A DNA stretch of 64,000 nt from positions 2,240,001 through 2,304,000 of the forward strand of contig OZ244960.1 in assembly GCA_965222605.1 (NCBI GenBank), given 5' to 3'. A program made the translations under genes and the position numbers. Shown one piece after another: positions 30,522 through 39,220 of the stretch. Numbering within the stretch: the stretch's first letter is position 1; every line of letters starts with the position of its first letter. Origin of the DNA: Candidatus Latescibacterota bacterium. GTDB lineage: Bacteria > Latescibacterota > UBA2968. The notes under the pieces were generated by a model, which saw nothing but the letters and a program-made list of their open reading frames with translations, was not told the origin of the DNA and did not search any database.

Positions 30522-32882
30522 CTACTTGTGCAGGATAAAGGCTCCTCGAGACAGCTTGCCCATGCTCTCCTGTACTTCGGATTCCACGACAAAATAGTAC
30601 AGTCCGGAAATGACTTCTCCACTGAGGAACCGGTCCTTTAACTCCCAATTGGTCTCGCCGAGAAGCGGGTTGTCGTGTTTGATTATCGCTACCATATCGC
30701 CCGATACCGAAAAGATGCGGATCGTACACTTGTGGGGTAATCCCACAAACCGCAGGCTCTCGGCGCCCTGGTAACTCTGGCCGTCCAGAGTTACACTGAA
30801 CGGGTTGGGCACCACTCGCACCTGCCGCTCCAGGTTGTCGCTCATTATGCTACTGGCCATCTTCGGGCGCAGCGGCACATTGACCTTTGTCTCTGGCGCG
30901 GAGTAGCCGCCCTCCAGTCCGCTCACGGTGAGGTGTTCCCGGACTTTCGGAGGCAGATCGGCCAGCGTCACTGACCCTTCGCTCCAGTCCTGCTTGGGAG
31001 AAGCAACGGCGCGGACGTTGTAGATGTAGCGGAAGCCCGCCAGGGAATTGGTATCTACATACCTATACGTTCCAGCACCTGTGGCCGGGACCTCTTCCAC
31101 CAGGTCCCAAGGGCCGTATTCCTGGAAGGTAGATCGGTAGATCCGGTAGGCCACAATGTCGGCCTCCCCATATTCGGGGTTGATTACCTTTTCCGCGGCG
31201 TCGGTCCACGAGAGCTCGATGTTGGCATCTCGGTTATTCCCCGCCTGGAAGTCCACGTCCGGTGGGGCGTTGGGGATGCGTAAGCCACTGTCGTATGCGA
31301 ACTGGGCGTGCGATAGGTTTTGCAGGAGGGCCTTTTCACCCTGGGCGAGCACCTGCTTGCGGGCATCGTCATTCAGACCCCTTTCCCCCACCCCGAATGC
31401 CCAGCTCATCTGGTCCCTTGCAAAACCGGTCCTGGAATCGACGTTGCTCTCTTCTATGTCCCCTGCGTGGCCAAAGACGTAGGTGACCACGATCTTGGCC
31501 TTATCTCCGGGCGCCAGGTCGTAAGGACCGTAGATCTGGTCGGACCAGACGACCCCCTCTGCAGGAGGATCGGCCATTGAGGGAGCCGTGTAAATGTCGT
31601 AGAGTTCGGCCATACCTACGCCCTTGCCGATGGGGTCGTCGATATTATCAAGCCCGTGTGCCCTGAACCAATGCCCCAGAACCTGGTCGCTCCTCGGCTC
31701 CACATAGCCTTGCGCCAGATCGTTCGCGTTAAAGACGTGGCTGGGGCCGGAATTGCGAAACGCCAGGGGGGCAAATCCGGCGTATTCCGGCGCGATCGGT
31801 GTGCCCTTTGGCCGGTCTCCGCTGGCTGGGAAGGAACCACCGGGATTTTCAAGGTCGGGATCAAATGGATCTCCTGTGTCATCCTCAAAGCTATTGGTGG
31901 TATTCCCATCATATACATAGGTGATGTATTTGCCGGAAAAGTCCGCAGCGGTCAGGCCGCTGAGAGAATTGGGCTGAAAGCCGGGAGAGCCCGAGAAACG
32001 GAAGAAATCGTCTAGCCCACCCGACCTGTTGTATCGGATCATCCCCCCTTCGTGCCCCCATCGGTAGGAGGTACCAGTGGAGTTGACGTAGAGGGTGTTG
32101 TTGAAGCCGAAGTAGGTGTCGTTGAGCTGTTTGTCGCCCCGGTTTTCGAACTCGATATCCACGATAATGAAGTCGTCGAAGTCCTGGTGGCTCCAGGCGT
32201 ATATCTTGCGCGTCATCACGATGTTGTGCTTGAACCGCGTCTGCGTGATGTGAATCTCCTCAGGCGCGTCCTGCACGGGTGGATAGATATGGAAGTCGTA
32301 ATTGTGAATCTCGTAGGGGTCGGCAGCCGTGGCATCGCCCGACTTGGGCGTTGCGCCGGGATACCAGTTGGACATGCCCAGGCCGACCTTGATCCCCCTG
32401 GGGGGTACGACCGTGCGGATGCCCCAATTGGCCTCCGGGCCGTTCAGGATGTCGTAGATCATCGGGAACACATCCTCCGAGGGGTGGCGCGGACCGGTCC
32501 ATGAGACGTGCTTCTCTCCATCCACGTTCGTGAGCACCAGCACCCCATTGCCGGATGAGTGCATGGTGCCTTCGGACTTGTTCGCACCGTCGGACCAGGC
32601 CTTGTCACCCCAGTATTCCATGTAATCGGTAGGGTTCATCAGGGTGTAAAACCCCATCATCATGCCGGGGTAGATCAGACGGAATGCAGCCCGGCCCGCG
32701 CTGTCGGCATAGTGCATGCCGGAAAACCCGTAGTTGTGAAAGGTCTCCCAGACAAGCGAGCGGGTCATCATGCGGCTGGCGTAGTAATCGAGCTGGGCCG
32801 AAGCGGTCAGGGCGCCCGACAGCAGCAACGCCAGCGCCAGCAGGCCCACCCCAAGCCATTTCTTTATTAGAGATACAGACAT
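30522..32882 (-). CDS. Secreted protein with FN3-like domain and T9SS type-A-like/FlgD-Ig C-terminal domain
   Basis: Signal peptide; ELSW..YRIYRS..Y.YVD FN3 pattern; C-terminal VRVVPNPF..LRFVGLP..CTIRIFSVSGDMV..W...SGLYYFVVE. Confidence 0.78.
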   Translation of the reverse strand: MSVSLIKKWLGVGLLALALLLSGALTASAQLDYYASRMMTRSLVWETFHNYGFSGMHYADSAGRAAFRLIYPGMMMGFYTLMNPTDYMEYWGDKAWSDGANKSEGTMHSSGNGVLVLTNVDGEKHVSWTGPRHPSEDVFPMIYDILNGPEANWGIRTVVPPRGIKVGLGMSNWYPGATPKSGDATAADPYEIHNYDFHIYPPVQDAPEEIHITQTRFKHNIVMTRKIYAWSHQDFDDFIIVDIEFENRGDKQLNDTYFGFNNTLYVNSTGTSYRWGHEGGMIRYNRSGGLDDFFRFSGSPGFQPNSLSGLTAADFSGKYITYVYDGNTTNSFEDDTGDPFDPDLENPGGSFPASGDRPKGTPIAPEYAGFAPLAFRNSGPSHVFNANDLAQGYVEPRSDQVLGHWFRAHGLDNIDDPIGKGVGMAELYDIYTAPSMADPPAEGVVWSDQIYGPYDLAPGDKAKIVVTYVFGHAGDIEESNVDSRTGFARDQMSWAFGVGERGLNDDARKQVLAQGEKALLQNLSHAQFAYDSGLRIPNAPPDVDFQAGNNRDANIELSWTDAAEKVINPEYGEADIVAYRIYRSTFQEYGPWDLVEEVPATGAGTYRYVDTNSLAGFRYIYNVRAVASPKQDWSEGSVTLADLPPKVREHLTVSGLEGGYSAPETKVNVPLRPKMASSIMSDNLERQVRVVPNPFSVTLDGQSYQGAESLRFVGLPHKCTIRIFSVSGDMVAIIKHDNPLLGETNWELKDRFLSGEVISGLYYFVVESEVQESMGKLSRGAFILHK

Positions 32883-32909
32883 TGAAATTCCTCCAGTGTA
32901 TGTTCAAGG

Positions 32910-35900
32910 TCAAAACTTCAGGCGTGCGCCGACCACCCAGTTGCGGGGATATCGCCCCAGTCCCCGGTCGTAACGGTCTATATCGCCATCCCCATCCTTC
33001 AAGTAGGTGCCGTTGTCCGGGTCTGGCATCTGCTTCCCCCACTGTATCCAATCGAAACCGGTAGTCATGTCGGCCTTGTCGTTCCAGAGGTTGCGGATCT
33101 CCAGGAAAGCGGTGGCTGTCATAGCGCCGCCAATGTAGAATTCCCTCTCCAGGTTGATATCGCTGACCAGAGAGATCGGCCCGGTCCGTCGCTCCCGGGG
33201 ACCTGTGGGAGGCGTATAATTGAAGGGAATGCCGGTATGGAGCCGATAGAGCAACGATATCCGGAGACTGGCCAGAGGCGCAATGTGAAAGTCAGAGGGA
33301 CTGGAGAAGAGAAATTGCCCGCTGAGGATATTGCGCCGGTCGATACCGCTCTGCAGTGTCGGCGTATTGTATCGGCCAATGGTATAGGCATAAATTCCGG
33401 GCTCGAGTATCTCCACCGGGGCATTCCAGTAGCCATCGGACAGAGGCTCGCCGATTCGGCTATCGTAATCCTTGAGTTGTGCCCTGGCCCTTTCGGCCAG
33501 TTGCACCCGCTCCTCCTGGGTAGGCGCATGGGGGACCTCCTGTCCGTCCGCCCGCGCATCCACACCCACGAAGTATTCGTCACTCATGACGTATGAGGGA
33601 CCGACCACGTGGTAGGCTCGCCAATTGCGGAAGCCGGAGTTATTCATATTTTTCGTCCACGCGAGGTTGTACGCTACGTTGAACGTGACCATGTTGCTGA
33701 ACTGCTTCCGCAGAGAGACCTCGAACCCCCGGGACCACTTCCGACCCCGGTTGCCGGATCCTCTCGAAGAGACGCCGTCGTACCCGAAAGCCGGTTCCTC
33801 CAGGCGCCAGGAGGTGGAGCCGTTGGTGATAATCCCCATCTGATCCCTGTAAAAGGCGGTGACGCTGGCAACGTATTCGCCGGCGAAGTTCCAGTCAAAC
33901 CCGGCCTCGAAACTGGTTGATTTTTCCGGCTCGATGTCGGACATCCCGGAGACCCCGTGGTGGATCTGCTTCAGGCTATTGTACTTCTCCATCTGATCGA
34001 TCTGTCCGTTCCCGTTCACGTCCCTGTCCTCTCCGGTCCCGCCGAATTCCCGCTGGTAAAAATTCTGGATATCGGGAAATTGTCGGAAGACACCCGTGAA
34101 GAACCGGATGGTGGAGCGATCAGTGATGGGATGAGAGACCCCGATCCGTGGACTCCAGGCGTGCAAAATCGGAAGGTCTTCGGTTACGGGCATGTTTCGA
34201 AAGCGCGTCAGGGATTCGTAGTGTCTGAACATCCAGAGGGTGGCGATGTTGCGCCAGCCCTTTACCGGGTCCATCGCGTCGAACCGGATACCGGCGTTGA
34301 TCACCAGGCCCTCAAACTCCATCTTGTCCTGGATATAGACCCCGTACTGGATGGGATGAGCCCGTTCCATGCCGATAATCGGGTCGCCCGAACCGCCGGC
34401 AAGGCGGATTGTAAAAGCGCGGGCCTGGCGGGAGCCCTCCTCGTGGTGGTAGAGGCCGTAGCGAGTGATCTCAAACCCGGTTTTGACGAAGTGCCCCTTG
34501 GTGACCTGGCTGCTCAGATCGGCTTTGAGGCGCACCCGCTTGTTATCCATATACTTAAAGGAATAGATGTCCCTCGGCAGGAAGTACCCCTTGCTATCGC
34601 GCCGCACGCCTTCGGTCGCAGAAGGCACGCCACTGGTGTCGGTCAGAGTTTGCTGCCAGTTGAGGCGCACTTCATAGAAGGTCGTGGGGGATAGGGTGTG
34701 GGTAAAGAGGAGATACGCCATCCTTTCGCTGAAGTTCTGTTTGCCCGCTGCGGAGTAACCCTCGGGCAGGAAGAGGTTGCGCCCACCCCTGGTGATACCC
34801 CGCACGCCCCCGTCGGTATCTCGCTGCTGCCCGGCGAAGGGATCATCGGGATCGATCCTCGTGTTGGACCCTCCAATTCGCCTGCTGCCCCTGGTCCCGG
34901 GGTCAAAGCCCTCGTAGTAGGCGAACACCCCGCCCAACTTCACCTTGAAGTTGGGGGACGGCCGGGCGACGAAGTTGCCGAAGGTCTGGATGTTAAATGG
35001 CTCTCGGTTGAGCGCGCTGGGATAGATGGGGGCCTTGCGACTGTGGGCCGCATTCATAAAGAAGGAGACATCCCTGGCGATCGGTCCAGAGGCCGAACCC
35101 TCCAAATAGTGTCCGAACACACCCGTGTAGTCGGTGCGTTCATGCACCTTGCGCCCGGTCTCGGGATCGGTCTCGTTCGCAAAGGCAGGGTCATTCCAAT
35201 CCACCTTGCCTGCGTGAAAGGGGTGATCGTAGATGTTCGGTCCCCAGTGCCTCTTGGCCGGCAGGTCCAGGCGGTACTCCCCAAAACCCGTATAGGCGTC
35301 CCGGCCCTCTTTGGTGACCAGGCTGATCACGCCGGCCTGGGCGTTGCCGTACTCGGCCTCCATCCCACCGGTGACCACCTGCACCTCCTGCAGGGCGCTT
35401 TTGTTGATGCCCATCCAGTTGGGGGCAACAAATCCGTCGTTGTTGACGAGCCGAACCCCGTCAATCTCCACAAAGGTATCGTTTGAGCCAGCCATAGACG
35501 CATTGTTGCTGCCCCGGATGCGGAGGTTGCCGTCCAGCGACACGCCCGGCTGTAGCGCGATCACCTCATTGAGGGTGCGCGCAAGAGGCACGTTCTCGAG
35601 GTCCTCGGCATCGACGACATAACGGCTGAAGGTCCGATCCGGCTCCACTGGTGGTCGCTCGGCAATCACCACCAGCTCTTCGGCCTGTAGCGCGGCCTCC
35701 GCCAGGTTAAAATCGACGGTGGTGGTGAAGTCTGCCCGCACGGCCACATCCTGTTTGGTCGCCGCGGTATAACCGACCATCGAGGCTTCCAGTTTATACC
35801 TGCCAGGTTCGACCGACAGGATGAGAAAATAGCCTTCTGCATCGGTCGTAGCACCCCTGCGGGTGCCCTGGATCACCACGTTGGCCCCGGGCAACGGCGC

Positions 35901-36020
35901 ACCTGAGGCGTCGGCCACAACACCGTTGAGTTTGCCGACTATCCCGGCCGGTACATCTGTGGGCGAGAAGGCGACCAGCACCCCGACCAGCAACAGGCAA
36001 AAATTATAAAGGTATTTCAT
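32910..36020 (-). CDS. TonB-dependent receptor-like outer-membrane protein with carboxypeptidase-regulatory-like N-domain
   Basis: Signal peptide; PLPGANVVI..T..GATTDAEG; plug LQPGV..IRG..TGGMEAEYGNAQAGVISLVTKEG; YIQDKMEFEGLVINAGIRFD; SPRIGVSHPI; C-terminal Phe. Confidence 0.9.
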   Translation of the reverse strand: MKYLYNFCLLLVGVLVAFSPTDVPAGIVGKLNGVVADASGAPLPGANVVIQGTRRGATTDAEGYFLILSVEPGRYKLEASMVGYTAATKQDVAVRADFTTTVDFNLAEAALQAEELVVIAERPPVEPDRTFSRYVVDAEDLENVPLARTLNEVIALQPGVSLDGNLRIRGSNNASMAGSNDTFVEIDGVRLVNNDGFVAPNWMGINKSALQEVQVVTGGMEAEYGNAQAGVISLVTKEGRDAYTGFGEYRLDLPAKRHWGPNIYDHPFHAGKVDWNDPAFANETDPETGRKVHERTDYTGVFGHYLEGSASGPIARDVSFFMNAAHSRKAPIYPSALNREPFNIQTFGNFVARPSPNFKVKLGGVFAYYEGFDPGTRGSRRIGGSNTRIDPDDPFAGQQRDTDGGVRGITRGGRNLFLPEGYSAAGKQNFSERMAYLLFTHTLSPTTFYEVRLNWQQTLTDTSGVPSATEGVRRDSKGYFLPRDIYSFKYMDNKRVRLKADLSSQVTKGHFVKTGFEITRYGLYHHEEGSRQARAFTIRLAGGSGDPIIGMERAHPIQYGVYIQDKMEFEGLVINAGIRFDAMDPVKGWRNIATLWMFRHYESLTRFRNMPVTEDLPILHAWSPRIGVSHPITDRSTIRFFTGVFRQFPDIQNFYQREFGGTGEDRDVNGNGQIDQMEKYNSLKQIHHGVSGMSDIEPEKSTSFEAGFDWNFAGEYVASVTAFYRDQMGIITNGSTSWRLEEPAFGYDGVSSRGSGNRGRKWSRGFEVSLRKQFSNMVTFNVAYNLAWTKNMNNSGFRNWRAYHVVGPSYVMSDEYFVGVDARADGQEVPHAPTQEERVQLAERARAQLKDYDSRIGEPLSDGYWNAPVEILEPGIYAYTIGRYNTPTLQSGIDRRNILSGQFLFSSPSDFHIAPLASLRISLLYRLHTGIPFNYTPPTGPRERRTGPISLVSDINLEREFYIGGAMTATAFLEIRNLWNDKADMTTGFDWIQWGKQMPDPDNGTYLKDGDGDIDRYDRGLGRYPRNWVVGARLKF

Positions 36021-36079
36021 AGAAAAACCTCCTTATCGCGTAAAGTCAAAATCTGAAATGAGACATTGCCAGATACGGG

Positions 36080-36793
36080 CTACTGCTGGGTATAGAACTT
36101 AAACCGCACACCGACGTTGAGCTTCTGGAAGGGGAAGACCTCTTCCATTCCCCAGGCCTCCAGCGGACGCACACTGCCCAACACAATGTTATACTGCCCT
36201 CTCAAGTCGATGGCCAGAGATTGGGAGGTGAAAAACTGCACGCCCAACCCTACATTGAGCCCCAGTGTCATGTGCTGGTCGGCCGTAGGTTCCAGCAGCA
36301 GATTCTCGTTCAGAGGCGGCGCGGGCTGACCGGGCCAGATCAAGCCACTGACCTCGTTCTTATACCGAAAAGACCCCGTGCCCACCACCAGATAGGGCGC
36401 CCTCCCCCCGCCTTTTGACAGCTTCCCACCCCCCTGATTGAAATGATACAGCCAGCTAATCGTCCCGCCCGTCCAGGTCATCTTCGAACTGGCCTGGGGG
36501 CTGGCATACTCCTGCTTGTCGATCGACCAGAGAAATCTCCGGTTCTCCAGTTCCCCGCCGCTGTATTTGACGTAATGTCCCTCCACTTCGGCGGTCCACC
36601 GCTCGTTGAGGACGTAGAGCACCGTCCCACCGAGATTGATACCACCGGAGGGAAACCATTCGTTTAATTTGAAGGTCGGCAGATCGTAGCTGGCAGCGAC
36701 GCCAAAGCCCCACGTCCCACCAACTTGCGCAGCGGCACCAAAGGGCCAGGCCAGCAGCAAGACCCCCACTAAGAGCAACATCCTATATCTCAT
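36080..36793 (-). CDS. Outer-membrane beta-barrel protein (OmpW/OmpA-membrane-like)
   Basis: Signal peptide MRYRMLLLVGVLLLAWPFGAAA behind AAGGAGG; amphipathic strands PYLVVGTG, GLNVGLGVQFF, NVGVRFKF. Confidence 0.78.
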   Translation of the reverse strand: MRYRMLLLVGVLLLAWPFGAAAQVGGTWGFGVAASYDLPTFKLNEWFPSGGINLGGTVLYVLNERWTAEVEGHYVKYSGGELENRRFLWSIDKQEYASPQASSKMTWTGGTISWLYHFNQGGGKLSKGGGRAPYLVVGTGSFRYKNEVSGLIWPGQPAPPLNENLLLEPTADQHMTLGLNVGLGVQFFTSQSLAIDLRGQYNIVLGSVRPLEAWGMEEVFPFQKLNVGVRFKFYTQQ

Positions 36794-36922
36794 AGTTCCT
36801 CCTTTTTTGAGACCTTCAATCCCCTCGAAAACCACCCAAAATACTATTAGATCTTCCCGCGCTTTACCTCCTTTCAACAGGCATAACAGTTTACCAAATA
36901 GCACTTTAATAAGAGATTTAGT

Positions 36923-36952
36923 TTGACAATAAAAAACAACCCGTTTTACTTT
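36923..36952 (+). promoter_or_regulatory. Sigma70-like promoter firing antisense to the TBDR operon leader
   Basis: TTGACA(36923-28)-N18-TACTTT(36947-52). Confidence 0.55.
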
Positions 36953-36957
36953 TTGGC

Positions 36958-37053
36958 TTGGATATGCGAGGAGGTGACAACGCCTCTTTATATATCTCCG
37001 AAGCCGTTAGCTCCAGTCTCGCCAAAGGTCGGTAGCTAACGGCTCTTTTTTTT
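36958..37053 (+). ncRNA. Candidate ~95-nt cis-antisense small RNA
   Basis: Lies between a plus-strand promoter and a plus-strand intrinsic terminator. It has two predicted stem-loops, the first containing AGGAGGTG, and no convincing ORF. Confidence 0.5.
37002..37053 (+). terminator. Rho-independent terminator on the plus strand
   Basis: AGCCGTTAGCT / AGCTAACGGCT 11-bp perfect stem followed by C and T8. Confidence 0.75.
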
Positions 37054-37122
37054 GGCCAGCTTGAACTCTCCCCATACACCGATCTGATGGTGCCCAGCAG
37101 TTCATCAGAACGATCTTGAGAA

Positions 37123-37151
37123 AAGATAAACCGTAAAAATTCCTGTGTCAA
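37123..37151 (-). promoter_or_regulatory. Sigma70-like promoter of the barrel-TBDR-CTD-PorV operon
   Basis: Minus strand TTGACA-N17-TATCTT. Confidence 0.6.
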
Positions 37152-37198
37152 GTTATTAGTCCAAGTAAACATGCCCTTCGTCAATATAGAGTGCATAT

Positions 37199-39190
37199 TC
37201 ACCAACTATGCACGCCATGTCCTTGTCCGGGGAACCAGACCGCGTCTATGAGGAAACACCAGACGACCCCAAACGTGTAGCCGATCAGCAGACCCAAAAA
37301 CAGGGGCATGGCCCGGCGGTAAAGGGCCACACCTCCAACGCGCATCAGGATCGCCTTGCAGACCCAGGCGAAGAAGACCGGGATGACGATGGACTTAGAG
37401 TTGTCCGAGGCGGATATGGCCAGACCGATGGGATGGATCGACCACCAGGCGAACCGATACCTCAGGAAGGTGAGCAGACCCATCAGAGCCGCGCCAATGC
37501 CAAAGAAGATCATCCGGTCCAGGGCCATTGGCTTGGGTGTCCTCATATGCGACAAGGTAGAGGAGAAGACATTCTTGGGGTTCCCTTTGTAGTAGAACGC
37601 AAAGTTGTAGGCCCCGTGGATATATCCCAGATAAAGCGTAAGCCAGACCGAGGCGACAAGCCCGACCAATGCACCGACCACTACCCAGAACACCAGCATG
37701 CGTCGGTTTCTACGAACCAGGTCGCCCAGCTTGACGGCCTGCGCCAGCCCCGGAGCGAACAGGCCCCGGATATAGTCGATCAACGAATAGGAAAGGAGCA
37801 TAGAGGTGAGGGTGGACCCTGTCATCACGTCGGTCCCCCGCATGTCCATCGCAAAGGCCTGTGCGGTGATGGGGGCCTGCGTGGTGACCAAGCCGGTCTC
37901 GGAGACGATTCGGGCCATCCCGATGTAAATGATTCCCGTGCTGGCCAGGAAAACCAGCGCCGTGAGGAGGTCCATGCCGGATTGATGGATCAGAAACAGG
38001 ATATACAACAGGCTCAGAAACAGGCCCAAAACCGATGTGCGGTAAGAGAGGATCTCCTGGCGGTCGTCGGCTGGATAACGGGAATTGAGAGCCTTCAAAA
38101 AGACATCCCTCAGGTGGTGCCGGGCCACCCAAAGCCGCCAGAGAACCAGGCTGGCCATCGCGCCAAAACACTGCCAGGACTGAATCGCCTGATCGGCGGT
38201 GAAGGAATCCGAGGGTTGTTCGAGTTGCAAACCCATGCGGTTGATGATGTGCCCTTCCACCACGTGAATCAGGAAGAAGAACCAGACGCTGAAGAGGACC
38301 TCCAGGTTGGCGAAGTAGGCAAAGCCGAGCGTGTAGAACTGCAAAGGGCGGATCCGCAGAGACGGCGAGTAGCGCGTAAATTGGAAGTAGCCCCCGGAAG
38401 GGATGAGGGCGATATCGGGGACGGCGGGGAAAAACCAGGAGAGGGATTTCCAGAAGAAGAGTCCAAACGCCAGAAGGGCCGCAACCCAGAAGAGCTTGCT
38501 CCGCATCAAGGTCGGCCAGAGGCGCTCCGAATCGGCGTCCCGGGCCAATTCAGTGGGTATGGAGACCAGTGGGTACACGAGTTTCTCGTGCTCGACCCAC
38601 TGCTTTCGAAGGATGACCATCACACACGCCGTCCCGACCAGGATAGCCGCGATGAGGCTGCCCCACCACACCAGCGGGACCAGCCAGACCCTCCAGGGAG
38701 CCTGTGCGCCCGCAGGCAACCCCTCGTAGAACATCCTCAGGGCCTCGCGGTCAGTGGGCACCATCCAGGCGCTGAGGTGGGGGTGATAGAATTCGGCCCA
38801 CTGGTTTTCGGGGGTGGCAAAGTAGAACGGGGAGGTGATGATGCCCAGGAAAAAGCCGGTAATGCCGGAGCCAGGAACAACCGACCCGACAATGCCGATG
38901 GCCACGACTGTCAAAAGCTCCGAGGGGGAAAAGGCAAGCCGCTGCCGACAGAGCTTGAGCAGAGGATTGAGGAACCCCACCAGGAGGAAGAAGAGGGCCA
39001 GGAGCGGAAGCTGAAAGTAGGCCAGATTGAGCCGGGTGGACTTGACGACCGCTTCGGCATAAGTCACCCAGAGGTTGGTGAAGATCACAATGGAGAGTCC
39101 CAGAGCGACTGCCCGGAATGTGACCCCACGCTCCGAGGATGGACTGGCCCGCGTTTCGGGCCGTGGAGTGGCAATTACATTCTCAGACAC
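37199..39190 (-). CDS. DUF6785/DUF6784-like polytopic membrane protein (paralog 2)
   Basis: GVTFRAVALG, YFATPENQW, RKQWVEHEKLVYPLV, WWSIHPIG, GGVALYRRAMPLFLGL, GHGVHSW; AAGGAGG RBS with GTG start. Confidence 0.78.
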   Translation of the reverse strand: MSENVIATPRPETRASPSSERGVTFRAVALGLSIVIFTNLWVTYAEAVVKSTRLNLAYFQLPLLALFFLLVGFLNPLLKLCRQRLAFSPSELLTVVAIGIVGSVVPGSGITGFFLGIITSPFYFATPENQWAEFYHPHLSAWMVPTDREALRMFYEGLPAGAQAPWRVWLVPLVWWGSLIAAILVGTACVMVILRKQWVEHEKLVYPLVSIPTELARDADSERLWPTLMRSKLFWVAALLAFGLFFWKSLSWFFPAVPDIALIPSGGYFQFTRYSPSLRIRPLQFYTLGFAYFANLEVLFSVWFFFLIHVVEGHIINRMGLQLEQPSDSFTADQAIQSWQCFGAMASLVLWRLWVARHHLRDVFLKALNSRYPADDRQEILSYRTSVLGLFLSLLYILFLIHQSGMDLLTALVFLASTGIIYIGMARIVSETGLVTTQAPITAQAFAMDMRGTDVMTGSTLTSMLLSYSLIDYIRGLFAPGLAQAVKLGDLVRRNRRMLVFWVVVGALVGLVASVWLTLYLGYIHGAYNFAFYYKGNPKNVFSSTLSHMRTPKPMALDRMIFFGIGAALMGLLTFLRYRFAWWSIHPIGLAISASDNSKSIVIPVFFAWVCKAILMRVGGVALYRRAMPLFLGLLIGYTFGVVWCFLIDAVWFPGQGHGVHSW

Positions 39191-39220
39191 TATTCCTCCT
39201 TTGAGCTGGAAGTGAGTCGT

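Noticed and set aside
36794-37120. Known riboswitch (cobalamin/TPP) upstream of the TBDR
   Set aside because: No consensus elements of these riboswitches were recognised by eye; an Rfam scan would be decisive.
36918-37205. 95-aa minus-strand ORF or a type I toxin ORF in the TBDR leader
   Set aside because: It spans promoters and a terminator hairpin and lacks a clear RBS. The short ORFs here are not hydrophobic, so no toxin peptide is supported.
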